Assembly: GCA_963668695.2 (NCBI GenBank)
Contig: CAXXLQ010000004.1
Coordinates: 608,001 to 672,000 of the forward strand
Length of the DNA stretch: 64,000 nt
Direction: 5' to 3'
Origin: Vicinamibacteria bacterium
Lineage (GTDB): Bacteria; Acidobacteriota; Vicinamibacteria; Marinacidobacterales; Marinacidobacteraceae
The position numbers and the translations under genes were made by a program. Below are positions 50,629-60,663 of the stretch, piece by piece (the first letter of the stretch is position 1; every line of letters begins with the position of its first letter). The notes below the pieces were generated by a model that was not told where the DNA came from, did not search any database, and was given only the letters and a program-made list of their open reading frames with translations.

Positions 50629-50706
50629 GCGATTCCCTCCACCGTTTCTCGCGGGGAGGGGAAACCGTCTCCCCACACCCCTCCCCCGCGACGCTCCGCG
50701 CCGCGC
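50629..50706. repeat. Repeat family C, intact copy
   Basis: Matches the reconstructed empty site of the IS481 (29313-29342 joined to 31024-31076). Confidence 0.7.
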
Positions 50707-50767
50707 GACCCCTAAAGTCGCCTTTCTCCACAGCCTGCCAAGGAGGGAGAGGCGAGAGGGCTGAGTC

Positions 50768-52129
50768 TCAGCGAATCCAGACCGTCTTCTTGTTCGTGAA
50801 CTCGATGAGCCCGTCCGGGCCGAGTTCACGGCCGAAACCGCTGTCCTTCGTCCCGCCGAAGGGGACGCGGGGATCTGATTTGGTGATGCCGTTCACGAAC
50901 ACGGCCCCGGATTCGATTTCCGGCACGAGCCGTTCCGCCCGCTTCGGGTCGGATGTCCAGAGCGAAGACCCCAGCCCATAGTTCGTCCGGTTGGCGATCT
51001 CCACCGCCTCCGCCTCGTCCCCAAAGGGGACCACCGTAGCGACCGGCCCGAAGAGTTCTTCCTCGGCGGCCGGGGCTCCCGCGGGCGGCCCCGCCAGAAT
51101 CCCGGTGGCGGAAAAGAACCCGCGTTCCGGCGCGGTTCCCCGGTAGAGGAGTTCCGTACCGGCGCGAACCGAGTGCGCGACCTGCTCCTCGAGACGGTCG
51201 CGGAGATCTTGCCGGGCCAAGGGTCCCACTGCGGTCTCCGGCGCCAGCGGGTCCCCCACCGTCGTTTCGCGAAACCGCGTCTCAAAGACCGCAAGGAACG
51301 CATCAAGCACCGTTCGCTGCACGAGAAAGCGTTTGGCGGCGATGCAGCTCTGCCCGGAATTGATGAGCCGCGCCCCGGCGCCCGCTGTAGCTGCCTCCTC
51401 CACATCGCAGTCCTCGAACACGATGAAGGGATCGCTCCCGCCGAGCTCGGCGACCATCGGCTTGAGACTGCGGCCCGCGACCGCGGCGACCTCGCTGCCG
51501 GCGCGGGAACTCCCGGTGAGCGTCACTCCCCGAATCCGCCGGTCGGCGATGCAGGTGGCCGCCTGCTCGTTTGTCAGGAACAGATTCTGGATGAGCCCCT
51601 CCGGCGCGCCCGCCTCGCGATACAACTCGACGATCCGGAGCGCGCACTGGGGCACCGACGGCGCGTGCTTGAGAACCATCGGGTTCCCGGTGAGGAAGTT
51701 GGGCGCCGATACCCGGATGACCTGCCAGAGCGGGAAGTTCCAGGGCATGACGGCAAGGATCGGCCCGCTGGGATCGAAGCGCACGAAGGCGTCGCTCCCG
51801 TCGGATTCGTAGTGCCGAGGGCGGAGCGACTCCTCCGCGGTCTCGGCGTAGTGCCTCGCGACCCAGGCGCACTTTTGGGCCTCGGCGACTCCCTGGGCGA
51901 GCGGCTTTCCCATCTCCAGAGCCATGAGCCCCGCCAGCTCACCCGCCTGCGCTTGCAACAGATCCGCCAGGCGCTCGTTCACGGCGCGCCGCTCGGCAAA
52001 GGGAGACCGGCGCCAGGAGCGGAACGCGGCATCGGCGCGGGAGAGGACTGCATCGACCTCGCGGCCGGTAGCCGTCGGGAACTCGGCCACGAGTTCCTCG
52101 GTGGCGGGGTTCAGGGAGCGGTAGAGCAT
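50768..52129 (-). CDS. NAD(P)-dependent succinate-semialdehyde dehydrogenase-like aldehyde dehydrogenase
   Basis: 'MPWNFP.WQ', 'LTGS', 'ELGGSDP', 'NSGQSCIAAKRF', 'EELFGP', 'PFGG.K.SGFGRE'. Confidence 0.92.
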   Translation of the reverse strand: MLYRSLNPATEELVAEFPTATGREVDAVLSRADAAFRSWRRSPFAERRAVNERLADLLQAQAGELAGLMALEMGKPLAQGVAEAQKCAWVARHYAETAEESLRPRHYESDGSDAFVRFDPSGPILAVMPWNFPLWQVIRVSAPNFLTGNPMVLKHAPSVPQCALRIVELYREAGAPEGLIQNLFLTNEQAATCIADRRIRGVTLTGSSRAGSEVAAVAGRSLKPMVAELGGSDPFIVFEDCDVEEAATAGAGARLINSGQSCIAAKRFLVQRTVLDAFLAVFETRFRETTVGDPLAPETAVGPLARQDLRDRLEEQVAHSVRAGTELLYRGTAPERGFFSATGILAGPPAGAPAAEEELFGPVATVVPFGDEAEAVEIANRTNYGLGSSLWTSDPKRAERLVPEIESGAVFVNGITKSDPRVPFGGTKDSGFGRELGPDGLIEFTNKKTVWIR

Positions 52130-52166
52130 CGAGTCCGGAGCCCGCGGCGGGTACGACGGGCTGATG

Positions 52167-53369
52167 TCACGGGCGGGCGCCCGGAGGGTGTAAGCGGTTG
52201 TACTTTCGGCCGACCTCCAGCAGGTCTTCGATCGAAATCGCCTCCCGGGTGTTTCCGTTCCGGCCGGTAACGGTGGTGGCCTTGAGCATCGAGTTGTAGA
52301 CCGCCTCCTCGGTGGCCTCGATCGCGGCCTGGAAGAGCGGCGACAGCCGGTCGCCTCGCAGGACGCCACCGTCCTCCGTCGGGGAGTCGCTGCCGAACGA
52401 ACTCCGGAGAGACTCGGCCGACGAGAACGCGATCACGAAGTCGCCGCTTCCGTGGGACGAGGTAGCGCCGGTGCGGGCGAGACCCAGCATGACCCGGCGA
52501 GCCAGCCGGGTGAGACCCAGCGAGCGAATCGGGGCATCGGTGGCGACCACCATCATGATGGAGCCGTCGGGATTGTCCTGGGAGTCCCCTCCCGCGGCGT
52601 CATCCGCGCCGCGCAGTTGGTCGCGAAGGTAGTAGCGGTCCAATTCCTCGCCGACGGGGATCCCGTCCATGATGAGGATTCCTCCGTAGTTGCTCTGAAC
52701 GAGCGTCCCTACGGTGTATCCGCCGAGGCTCTCGGGGAGACGCCGCGAGGAAGTGCCGATCCCGCCCTTCCAGCCAAAGACGGAAGTTCCGGTTCCGGCC
52801 CCCACCGCACCCTCGGCTACCGGTCCCGAGGAAGCGCTCCGGATCGCCTCGAGCACGTGGCTTTCCTTCACGTGGAGTCCCCGGATGTCGTTGAGGTATC
52901 CGTCGTTCGTCTCCCCGACGAGCGGATTCACCGAACCGACGTTTTCGTTGCCGGGAAGACCGAGAACATGGGTCACGACGGCGCGCGCCGCATCCCACAC
53001 CGAGAGCGTGTTGGTCAGCACGATCGGGGTTTCAATGGTCCCGAGTTCCACCACCTGGGTGGATCCGACCAGTTTGCCGAAGGCGTTGCCGATATGGATC
53101 GCACCCGGAACCTTGTCCTGAAAGATGTTTCCGGCGTGGGGCAGAATCGCGGTGACCCCGGTTCGGATGTGATCCCCCTCCGTGATGGTCACCTGCCCGA
53201 CCTGGACCCCGGGTACATCGGTGATCGCGTTTTGCGGTCCGGGGTCGAGAACTCCGGGCGCCAGACCGATGTCCCGTGCCCGGGGCCGGGCATCCCCTTG
53301 CCCGAGGGCCAGCGGAGCTGCGAGCAGACCGGCGGCGAGCGCGGCCAGAATGCGGTGCACGTTTTTCAT
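52167..53369 (-). CDS. DmpA/P1 (S58) family aminopeptidase, secreted
   Basis: 'NAITDV.GV.VG', 'GETNDG.LNDI', 'EGAVGAGTG', 'DGSIM.VVATDAP', 'GSGD'. Confidence 0.92.
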   Translation of the reverse strand: MKNVHRILAALAAGLLAAPLALGQGDARPRARDIGLAPGVLDPGPQNAITDVPGVQVGQVTITEGDHIRTGVTAILPHAGNIFQDKVPGAIHIGNAFGKLVGSTQVVELGTIETPIVLTNTLSVWDAARAVVTHVLGLPGNENVGSVNPLVGETNDGYLNDIRGLHVKESHVLEAIRSASSGPVAEGAVGAGTGTSVFGWKGGIGTSSRRLPESLGGYTVGTLVQSNYGGILIMDGIPVGEELDRYYLRDQLRGADDAAGGDSQDNPDGSIMMVVATDAPIRSLGLTRLARRVMLGLARTGATSSHGSGDFVIAFSSAESLRSSFGSDSPTEDGGVLRGDRLSPLFQAAIEATEEAVYNSMLKATTVTGRNGNTREAISIEDLLEVGRKYNRLHPPGARP

Positions 53370-53482
53370 CAGAACCTCCGGAATCGGCAGCCGGAACTAC
53401 CAACCCCGGAGAATACGGGAACCGTGTCGCCGCCGGACCAAACGGAACATTCCTGACACACGATTCGTAGCCTCCAACCATC

Positions 53483-54289
53483 ATGGTTCACGGGAAAGCG
53501 CGCGGCACGGGGCTTGGCGGACACCCTCTCGCTCTCTTGCTCGGGGTATCGGCGCTGACCGGCGCGGCGAGCTGCGCCGTCCCCTTCCAGCGGGAGCCGA
53601 ACGTTGAAGAAACGGTCAGCTTTACCGAGCCGTTTCGGGCAGGCGAGCTTCTCGATCTGAGGAACATCGACGGCCGCGTCGCGGTCGCCTCCTGGGACCG
53701 GGAAGAAGCGGAGATCGTCGCGCGCAAGGTGGGACCGAGCAGCGCGGCGCTCAAAGGAATCCGGGTGGAGGTCAACCGCTCGTCGCGGGGACTCCAGGTT
53801 CGCACCCGATATCCGAAAAAGAGCCGGATGTGGGGACAGCGATACGGCACCGTGCACTATTCCATCCGGCTGCCGCAGACGGCCGATCTCAGGATCTCCA
53901 CGGTCCACGGGCCCATCGAAGTGGATGGGATCTCGGGGGAGGTCGAAGCACAGACGGTGAGCGGCTCCCTCCGTCTGACCGGACAACGGGGGAACGTGAA
54001 CGCCAAGACGGTCAACGGGCGCATCGAGTGTGAGCTCGACAGCTTCGGAGAGGGAGAAAAACACTCTCTCCGCACCGTGAACGGCGGGGTCCAGTTGACG
54101 CTCGGCCCCGAAGCCAGCGGCCAGGTGGACGCGAGGGCCATCAACGGCCGGGTCATCATGGAGCTGGCCGGCCTGGAGCATCTCGACACCCCCAGCCGGC
54201 GCCACAAGAACGTGCGGGTCGGCGACGGTGGCGGCGAGTGCCGGGTACGTACCGTGAACGGGACCATCCACGTCCTCAATAGTCAGTAG
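53483..54289 (+). CDS. DUF4097 beta-strand-repeat lipoprotein
   Basis: Lipobox AASC; repeated 'TV(N/S)G.I' motifs. Confidence 0.8.
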   Translation: MVHGKARGTGLGGHPLALLLGVSALTGAASCAVPFQREPNVEETVSFTEPFRAGELLDLRNIDGRVAVASWDREEAEIVARKVGPSSAALKGIRVEVNRSSRGLQVRTRYPKKSRMWGQRYGTVHYSIRLPQTADLRISTVHGPIEVDGISGEVEAQTVSGSLRLTGQRGNVNAKTVNGRIECELDSFGEGEKHSLRTVNGGVQLTLGPEASGQVDARAINGRVIMELAGLEHLDTPSRRHKNVRVGDGGGECRVRTVNGTIHVLNSQ

Positions 54290-54424
54290 ACCGGATCCCG
54301 CACAGTCCGGTGCTGCTGGTCCGGACACCCTTACGCTGGCGAGCCATCCTCCGGTCGCCTGGGCGGGTGGCGCCAGCGAATCCGCAAGCTTCGGGCAGAA
54401 TCACCCGGATCATGAGGATTTTCG

Positions 54425-54913
54425 ATGATTCAGCAGTTGACGTATCTCTATGGTTTCAACCTGGGCGTCGCCCGGGCGCTCGTGGACGAACTGACCCCCG
54501 AACAGATGGTCGAACAGCCGCACGGCGTGGTCAATCATCCGGCTTGGTCGCTCGGCCACCTGGTGATGACAGCCGATGGACTTGCCCGGCTACTCGGGCT
54601 CGAGTCGGAGGTCCGCGAGGGTTGGGGGGAGGTCTTCGCGACCGGGGGAATTCCTTCGAATGACCCGTCCCGCTACCCCTCGAAAGACGAACTGCTCGAC
54701 GCGCTCGAGGGACAGCACCGGCGCAACACTGCCGCGGTGGCACGGGTCGAGCCTGCGTGGTTTGCCGCGCCGAACCCGAATGAGAGGCGGCGGAAGCGCT
54801 TTCCGACGGTGGGGGACGTGGCCATCTTTCTCATGACCTCGCACGAGATGCTCCACCTCGGCCAGGTGGCGGCCTGGCGGCGGGCAATGGGGCTGGCGCC
54901 AGCCCGCAGGTAA
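54425..54913 (+). CDS. DinB family protein
   Basis: 'NHPAW.LGHL', 'HE..H.GQ...WRR'. Confidence 0.85.
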   Translation: MIQQLTYLYGFNLGVARALVDELTPEQMVEQPHGVVNHPAWSLGHLVMTADGLARLLGLESEVREGWGEVFATGGIPSNDPSRYPSKDELLDALEGQHRRNTAAVARVEPAWFAAPNPNERRRKRFPTVGDVAIFLMTSHEMLHLGQVAAWRRAMGLAPARR

Positions 54914-54983
54914 CCCCCGCGAGCAGCGCCCGCGGAAGGGGCGGCTGTTCTCCATGCCGCCCACCGGATATAAACCCCGGTTC

Positions 54984-56006
54984 ATGTACCAGTTTGTGCG
55001 TTTCGGAATCCTTCTTCTCCTCCTCGCGGCCGCTTCTCACGGAGCGGCACAGCCTCTTCCGGAGGTCCACCTCATCGGCACCGGAGGCACGATTTCCGGG
55101 GGCGCGGGAGGACCGCTGAACGCCGGCGACCTCCGCGCAGCGCTGCCCGCCCTTTCTTCGGTGGCTTCGGTCACCACGGAGGACTTCGTTCGGATCGGAA
55201 GTTCCCGGATGCACCCGGAACTCCAGTTCCAGCTCGCCGAGCGCATCGCCGCGGTCTTCGCCGAGCGCCCGGGACTCGCCGGGATCGTGGTGACCCATGG
55301 CACCGACTCGCTCGAGGAAACTGCCTTCCTCGTGGACGTGGTGCTTCCGTCCGGTCGGCCGGTGGTCTTCGCCGCCGCACAGCGTCCACCGAGTTACGAG
55401 GACTCCGACGGACCCCGCAACCTGCTGAATGCGATCCGCGTCGCCGGCTCCGGCAGAACCCGCGATCTTGGAGTTCTCGTCGTCCTGAACGGTCAGATCC
55501 ACGCCGCGCGTGAGGTCAAAAAAACCCATTCGATCGCTCTCCACGCCTTCGTCTCACCGGACACCGGGCCGGTCGGCATGGTCGACGACGGGGAGGTCCT
55601 GCTCTTCAGCAGCCCCGAGCGCCGCATCCATCTTCCCTCCGCGAGTGTGGAGCCGCGGGTGGAACTCGTCCGTCTGACCGCCGGCGGTGGCGCCACCGCT
55701 ATCCGCGGAGCGGTGGAGGCCGGCGCCCGGGGCATCGTCGTCGAGGTCTTCGGGCGAGGTAACGCGCCGCCACCCGTCACCGAAGCGGTTTCCGCCGCCA
55801 TCCAGGCGGGCGCGCTCGTGGTTTACACCACCCGCACCGGAGCCGGACGGGTGGTGCTCTCCGCTGCCCAGCGCGATACCGGAGTGATCTCAGGGGGAGA
55901 CCTGGACGGTCTCAAAGCGCGGATCCTGCTGACTGTCGCGCTCGGAGCGGGCCGGACTGGCGAAGAGATTGCCGCCGCGTTTCGAACACTGGCCGGGGCC
56001 GGGTAG
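54984..56006 (+). CDS. Asparaginase/glutaminase, secreted
   Basis: 'GTGGTI', 'THGTDSLEETA', 'SDGPRNL'; signal peptide. Confidence 0.92.
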   Translation: MYQFVRFGILLLLLAAASHGAAQPLPEVHLIGTGGTISGGAGGPLNAGDLRAALPALSSVASVTTEDFVRIGSSRMHPELQFQLAERIAAVFAERPGLAGIVVTHGTDSLEETAFLVDVVLPSGRPVVFAAAQRPPSYEDSDGPRNLLNAIRVAGSGRTRDLGVLVVLNGQIHAAREVKKTHSIALHAFVSPDTGPVGMVDDGEVLLFSSPERRIHLPSASVEPRVELVRLTAGGGATAIRGAVEAGARGIVVEVFGRGNAPPPVTEAVSAAIQAGALVVYTTRTGAGRVVLSAAQRDTGVISGGDLDGLKARILLTVALGAGRTGEEIAAAFRTLAGAG

Positions 56007-56086
56007 CCCGTCGAGCGGTCCCCGGGCGGGGCCACCGGTGCCGTCGAGAGTTGGCACCCGTGGTCTTTGGTTGCGTTCGGGCCCCG

Positions 56087-57007
56087 TCAGCGAAGTACGA
56101 GGCGGAGCGGCGGCCCTTCCCCCCGAGAGAGAACGACCGCGTCCGCCGGTTCGAGTGCGAGCACGGTGTATTCCCCGACGCGGTCACCGACTGCGACGAG
56201 CGTTGTCTCGCCGCGATAGAAGAGCGCCGCCCGGACCGGAGTTCCCGAGCCGACATCGACGAAGCCGTGGAGTTCGGGGGTCTCGGAAGCAGACGTCGCG
56301 ACTGGAACCGCCGTTTCCGGGGGCTTCTCGAATGGATCGTCCGGAGTGGGGGCCGCAAGCGGGGCCGGCTCCACCTCGTCCGGTCTCTCCGTGGAGGCGG
56401 AAGCCGTCCGTTCGGGCGCGGGCACTGACTCCAGCCAGGCGAACAACGCTTCCATTCGCGGATCGTCGGCGAACCGAACTGCATCCACCGCAGTGAACGA
56501 GACCGCCGGGTCCGGCCAGAGGGCGAATACCGTAGCCGTGAGCGTTCCGAGGCCGCCGCGGAACGCGAGCGTCGCCCGCTCGGTGCGGAGCGGCCACCCT
56601 CTTCCTTCGACCGCGGACAGGAAACGGGACAGTGCGGCGGGATCACCCAGCAGCGTGACCCGGGCCTCGGCGCCGACTGTCCCTTCCGGCGGACGAACGA
56701 GCGGCTGGAGCCGAGATGCCGAGAGTTCCACGCCGTGGTCCCCGGCCACCTGCAGGAAAAACTCGCGTACGGCGGCGGCGCTGGCGGGAGGGGGAGCGCG
56801 CTCGGCGAGCTTCTCCGCCACCCGGAGAAAATGCTTGCGCCGCTCCCGCTCCCGCTCGCTGGCGGTGTCTTCGCGTGCCGACCGCGTTTGCTCTTCGAGT
56901 GTCGCAGCAAGTTCATCGGCAGCGTGGCGCTGCTCGGCCCAGACGAACCAGGCGAGCAACCCGGACAGCAGGGCCAGCAGGAACCGGAGCCGAAGGCGTT
57001 CGTCCAT
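56087..57007 (-). CDS. PilO/GspM-like membrane platform protein with C-terminal GspC/PilP-like domain
   Basis: N-terminal TM, coiled coil, 'G....L.RFL..VE', Pro-rich linker, 'V..GD.VG.Y.V'. Confidence 0.55.
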   Translation of the reverse strand: MDERLRLRFLLALLSGLLAWFVWAEQRHAADELAATLEEQTRSAREDTASERERERRKHFLRVAEKLAERAPPPASAAAVREFFLQVAGDHGVELSASRLQPLVRPPEGTVGAEARVTLLGDPAALSRFLSAVEGRGWPLRTERATLAFRGGLGTLTATVFALWPDPAVSFTAVDAVRFADDPRMEALFAWLESVPAPERTASASTERPDEVEPAPLAAPTPDDPFEKPPETAVPVATSASETPELHGFVDVGSGTPVRAALFYRGETTLVAVGDRVGEYTVLALEPADAVVLSRGEGPPLRLVLR

Positions 57008-57011
57008 ACCG

Positions 57012-57554
57012 CTAGCGACGCCCCACCTCGAGTTGAGTGGTAATCCTTACGAGCACCGCGCCGTCCGTCTGACGCGTCTCGCTGATCACTTCCGTGGAGA
57101 GCACCGAATCGTGATTCGCCAGTCCCGACAGAAAGCGGGCAACGGCAGCGGCAGAAGTCGCGTCAGCCGCAATGACTGCCTCCACCCGGCCGGGGCCGGT
57201 CGCGGGGCGAACCTCGAGCCCGGCAATCCGGATATCCGAAGGGGCAATCCCCATCACGGTGTCCAGTGCAGCACTGATGTCGGGGGCATTGACCACCCCG
57301 GCGAGGAGCAGGACCGCCGCTTCCCGGGCGCGCTCGGGTTCGACGAGTGGCGCCGCGGCGCCTCCCGTACCGGATGACGGCAGCCCGCTCGAAGCTGAAA
57401 GCCCAGGCGCCGCCAGTTCCACTCGCACTCCCCAGAGCGATGCGGCGCCCCACACGACACTCACGAACATCCCGGCGACCAGCACGTCCAGGGCCCGGAG
57501 AACACCAGGGCGGACGCCCTTGCCGAGCTGAATGCCAACGGGTAGTCGAGCCAT
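57012..57554 (-). CDS. PilN-like protein
   Basis: Start MARLPVG; TM followed by 'P.DIRI..L', 'F.S.L' pattern; lies between the pilM-like and pilO-like genes. Confidence 0.55.
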   Translation of the reverse strand: MARLPVGIQLGKGVRPGVLRALDVLVAGMFVSVVWGAASLWGVRVELAAPGLSASSGLPSSGTGGAAAPLVEPERAREAAVLLLAGVVNAPDISAALDTVMGIAPSDIRIAGLEVRPATGPGRVEAVIAADATSAAAVARFLSGLANHDSVLSTEVISETRQTDGAVLVRITTQLEVGRR

Positions 57555-57559
57555 CGTTA

Positions 57560-57830
57560 ACAGCCTGTGGTGAAGCCCGCGTGAGCGCCGAGAGCGGGGA
57601 GGCCCAGTTCTCCCGGTGGGGCCAGTCCTCCCGGTGGGGGCCCGGCTGACAAGGCGCGTGAGGGAGGAGCCCCCACCGGGAGAACTGGCCCGAGTGTATT
57701 TCGACCGAAACGCAACGCAGAGCGCCGCAAAGCGCCAGTTCTCCCGGTGGGGGGGCGGTTCAGGCGGGATGGATCGCCGCTCGAGCCCCCACCGGGAGAA
57801 CTGGGCCGCGTGGGTTTTGCCACAGGCTGT
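57560..57830. mobile_element. MITE-like family A copy
   Basis: TTAA at both junctions; five 18-bp units. Confidence 0.85.
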
Positions 57831-58765
57831 TAACCATCCGTAGTCGCGACGGGAGTCGATCGGAGCGGCGCCGGCCTTTCGCCGACCCGTCGCAGGAGCG
57901 CGGCGAGCGCTCCCTCGGTCACCGGAGACACTGCGGAAGATTCGGGGCCCTCGCCGGTGTCGCGGACCTCGACGAGCGTATGACCAGCCGAACGCAGGAC
58001 GTCCGCGGCCACCGTCGCGCCATCCCCCCAGACCACAACGGGATGCCTCCCGCTTTGTGTCGCACGCCGAACCGCGAGCGCCGGCGGTTCCGGATCCAGC
58101 GCGGCGCGGAGTTTCATTCGAAAACCCGTAAGGCGCCGGCCCGAAGCGGCGGCGAATACAAAGTGGCGGCGGTGCAGCAGTAGCAGCAGCCGCCGGCCCG
58201 CATCGCTCGAGAAGCGCGCGAGCCACTCCGGAAGTACCGCGAGGCTGGTGGCGTCCACCCACCGGACCCGGAGACCGGCCGCCTCAACGGCCGCCTCATA
58301 CTGCTGGACAACCGGGGATCCCGTCACCGCCCCCAGCACGGAGCGGCGTCCGCGGGAACCCGAAGTCAGCGTTCCGAAACGGAACCGCCCGTCGAGTTTG
58401 TGGAGTTCGGGACCTGAACTTGCGGTCAAACCACGGACCAATTCGCTGCGCAGCTTGCGTACGGCTCGCGATCCGGCGACCTCAGACAGCGCGGCATGGG
58501 CAGCGCGATCGGGCAACGCGATCACGGCGTCAGCGAATCTGCTGCCCGGTGAAGCAAGAGTGCCGAGAGCGGCTCGGACCGCCCGGGCCGCCTCCACCGA
58601 CGAGCCCAGGTTCGGCTCGGTTGGCGAGGGAGTCAGCAAGTCCCCGGGCAGGCGCCAGGTGATCCAGCGACCATCACTGGTTCGAACGAGAACGTGATCT
58701 CGCCGAAACGCCATCGCCACGGCCTGCCGTCGAGGACCGAGGGGAGGAAAGGAGAGCAGGGACAA
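57830..58765 (-). CDS. PilM-like (actin-like fold) protein
   Basis: 'L.PS..EPN', 'IALPD', 'V.QYE...EAAGL....VD..SLA'. Start uncertain. Confidence 0.6.
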   Translation of the reverse strand: MSLLSFPPLGPRRQAVAMAFRRDHVLVRTSDGRWITWRLPGDLLTPSPTEPNLGSSVEAARAVRAALGTLASPGSRFADAVIALPDRAAHAALSEVAGSRAVRKLRSELVRGLTASSGPELHKLDGRFRFGTLTSGSRGRRSVLGAVTGSPVVQQYEAAVEAAGLRVRWVDATSLAVLPEWLARFSSDAGRRLLLLLHRRHFVFAAASGRRLTGFRMKLRAALDPEPPALAVRRATQSGRHPVVVWGDGATVAADVLRSAGHTLVEVRDTGEGPESSAVSPVTEGALAALLRRVGERPAPLRSTPVATTDG

Positions 58766-58795
58766 GACGCGGGCCGTTGGGACGGATTCAGCCTA

Positions 58796-59049
58796 GCAGC
58801 CGGTGGTGAAACCCACGCGGCGTTCGACCGGCGATCCATCCCGGCTGAACCACTCCGCTTCGCTGCGTTCTGCGTTGCGTTTCGGTCGAAATACACCCGG
58901 GCCAGTTCTCCCGGTGGGGGCTCCTCCCTCACGCGCCTTGTCAGCCGGGCCCCCACCGGGAGGACTGGCCCCACCGGGAGAACTGGGCCTCGCCCCCACC
59001 GGGAGAACTGGCCGCTCTCGGCGCTCACCCGGGTTCCACCACCGGCTGC
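58796..59049. mobile_element. MITE-like family A copy
   Basis: CTAG at both junctions. Confidence 0.85.
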
Positions 59050-59051
59050 TA

Positions 59052-60191
59052 GTGTGGTGTCCCGCAAATGGCGATGATAATATGGGGTCCTCCCAGGAGG
59101 TCCCCATGCCGAAAGGACGCCCCCTGTCGCCACTCGTCCTCGATGAGGAACAGCGAGGCCAACTGATGGCCCTGTCCCGATCCACCTCCATGCCCCACGG
59201 ACTGGTGCAGCGGGCGCGGCTGATTCTCGCGAGCGCCGAAGGCCTCTCCAACCAGGCGGTGGCGGAACGCGTCGGCCTCACGCCCAACGTCGTGGGGAAG
59301 TGGCGACGCCGCTTCCGGGAGGCCGGGGTCACCGGCCTCCACGACGAACTCCGCCCGGGACGGCCGCGCACCTACAGCGACGAGAAAGTGGCGACGCTCA
59401 TCCACCATGCCCTCCAGGAAGAGCCCGACAATGCCACCCATTGGAGCGTGCGCTCCATGGCGGACGCGCAGGGAGTCTCCAAGAGCACGGTGCAGCGCTG
59501 GTTCACCCTGTGCGGCGTCAAGCCGCACCTGACCCGGACCTTCAAGCTCTCTACCGACCCCTTCTTCATCGAGAAAGTCCGGGACATCGTGGGGCTCTAC
59601 CTCCATCCACCGGACAACGCCATGGTCCTCTGCGTGGACGAAAAGTCCCAGATCCAGGCCTTGAACCGCACCCAGCGAGCCTTGCCCCTGGGCCTGGGCT
59701 ATGTCGAGGGCTACACCCACGACTACCTCCGCCACGGCACCACCACCCTCTTCGCCGCCCTGGATGCCGCCACCGGAAAGGTCATCGCTCGCTGCCGCCA
59801 GCGGCACCGCCATCAGGAGTTCCTCGACTTCCTGCGTCTCATCGACCGCGAAACTCCGGGAGATCTTGACCTCCACCTGGTGGTCGACAACTACGCCACC
59901 CACAAACACCCCAAGGTCCGCGCCTGGCTGGCCCGCCGACCTCGTTTCCACCTCCACTTCACCCCGACCTATGCCTCCTGGCTCAACCAGGTGGAGCGCT
60001 GGTTCGGACTCATCAGCCAGCAGGCCATCAAGCGCGGCAGTTTCCAAAGCGTCACCCAGTTGAAGCAGACGATCATGGCTTTCACCGACCAATACAACCA
60101 CAACTCCACCCCCTTCGTCTGGGTCGCCACCGCACAATCCATCCTGGAGAAGCTGGAACGACTAGCAACTCGTATTTACAGGACACCACAC
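59052..60191 (+). mobile_element. IS630-family insertion sequence
   Basis: TIR GTGTGGTGTCCYGYAAAT (16/18), TA duplication at 59050-59051 and 60192-60193. Confidence 0.92.
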
Positions 60192-60194
60192 TAG
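59106..60194 (+). CDS. IS630-family transposase
   Basis: '[10 protein letters not shown]', 'HDY.RHGT', 'VVDNYATHK', '[16 protein letters not shown]'; CAGGAGG RBS; stop codon uses the target TA. Confidence 0.95.
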   Translation: MPKGRPLSPLVLDEEQRGQLMALSRSTSMPHGLVQRARLILASAEGLSNQAVAERVGLTPNVVGKWRRRFREAGVTGLHDELRPGRPRTYSDEKVATLIHHALQEEPDNATHWSVRSMADAQGVSKSTVQRWFTLCGVKPHLTRTFKLSTDPFFIEKVRDIVGLYLHPPDNAMVLCVDEKSQIQALNRTQRALPLGLGYVEGYTHDYLRHGTTTLFAALDAATGKVIARCRQRHRHQEFLDFLRLIDRETPGDLDLHLVVDNYATHKHPKVRAWLARRPRFHLHFTPTYASWLNQVERWFGLISQQAIKRGSFQSVTQLKQTIMAFTDQYNHNSTPFVWVATAQSILEKLERLATRIYRTPH

Positions 60195-60272
60195 CAGCCG
60201 GTGGACAAAGTGACGTGAGCGCCGAGGCCCCCACCGGGAGAACTGGGCCGCGTGACTTTGTCTACCGGCGGC
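60194..60272. mobile_element. Minimal MITE-like family A copy (ends plus one 18-bp unit)
   Basis: GCAGCCGGTGGACAAAGT...ACTTTGTCTACCGGCGGC. Confidence 0.7.
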
Positions 60273-60588
60273 TGGCGCCAGCGACGATACAGGCCGCAGA
60301 GGGCGCGCGATACGGCATCTCGTCGACGCGGCAACAACGGGATGGACGGTCTCGACGCACGTCCCACCGACTGTCGAAACCCGTCGGTTTTCAACGCCCC
60401 ACAGTAGAAGAGATCGCCAATTCCGGACTTGGTATCCGGTGGTAGGATGAGTGATCGGGCTGCGGGCAGCGTCCGCCCGTGCGAACCAGCGCGGCGGCCG
60501 TTTTCCCGCTTGATTACCGTTCGAACGAGTTCCAGCGCTTCGACAACTGTCGCAGATCGTTCGGTATCCGGTCGCAAAACCGGGATCC

Positions 60589-60621
60589 GAACGAGCCCTG
60601 AACGAGCCCTGAACGAGCCCT
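60589..60621. repeat. 3 x GAACGAGCCCT tandem repeat
   Basis: Perfect 11-bp units about 40 bp upstream of the EF-G-like gene. Confidence 0.85.
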
Positions 60622-60663
60622 GGTTCGGAGCGATTCCCTAACGAGGCCACAACCTGGAGAAGC

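Noticed and set aside
59052-60191. IS630 as the proven autonomous partner of family A
   Set aside because: Shared TA flanks only; the TIR sequences are unrelated, so this is kept as a hypothesis.
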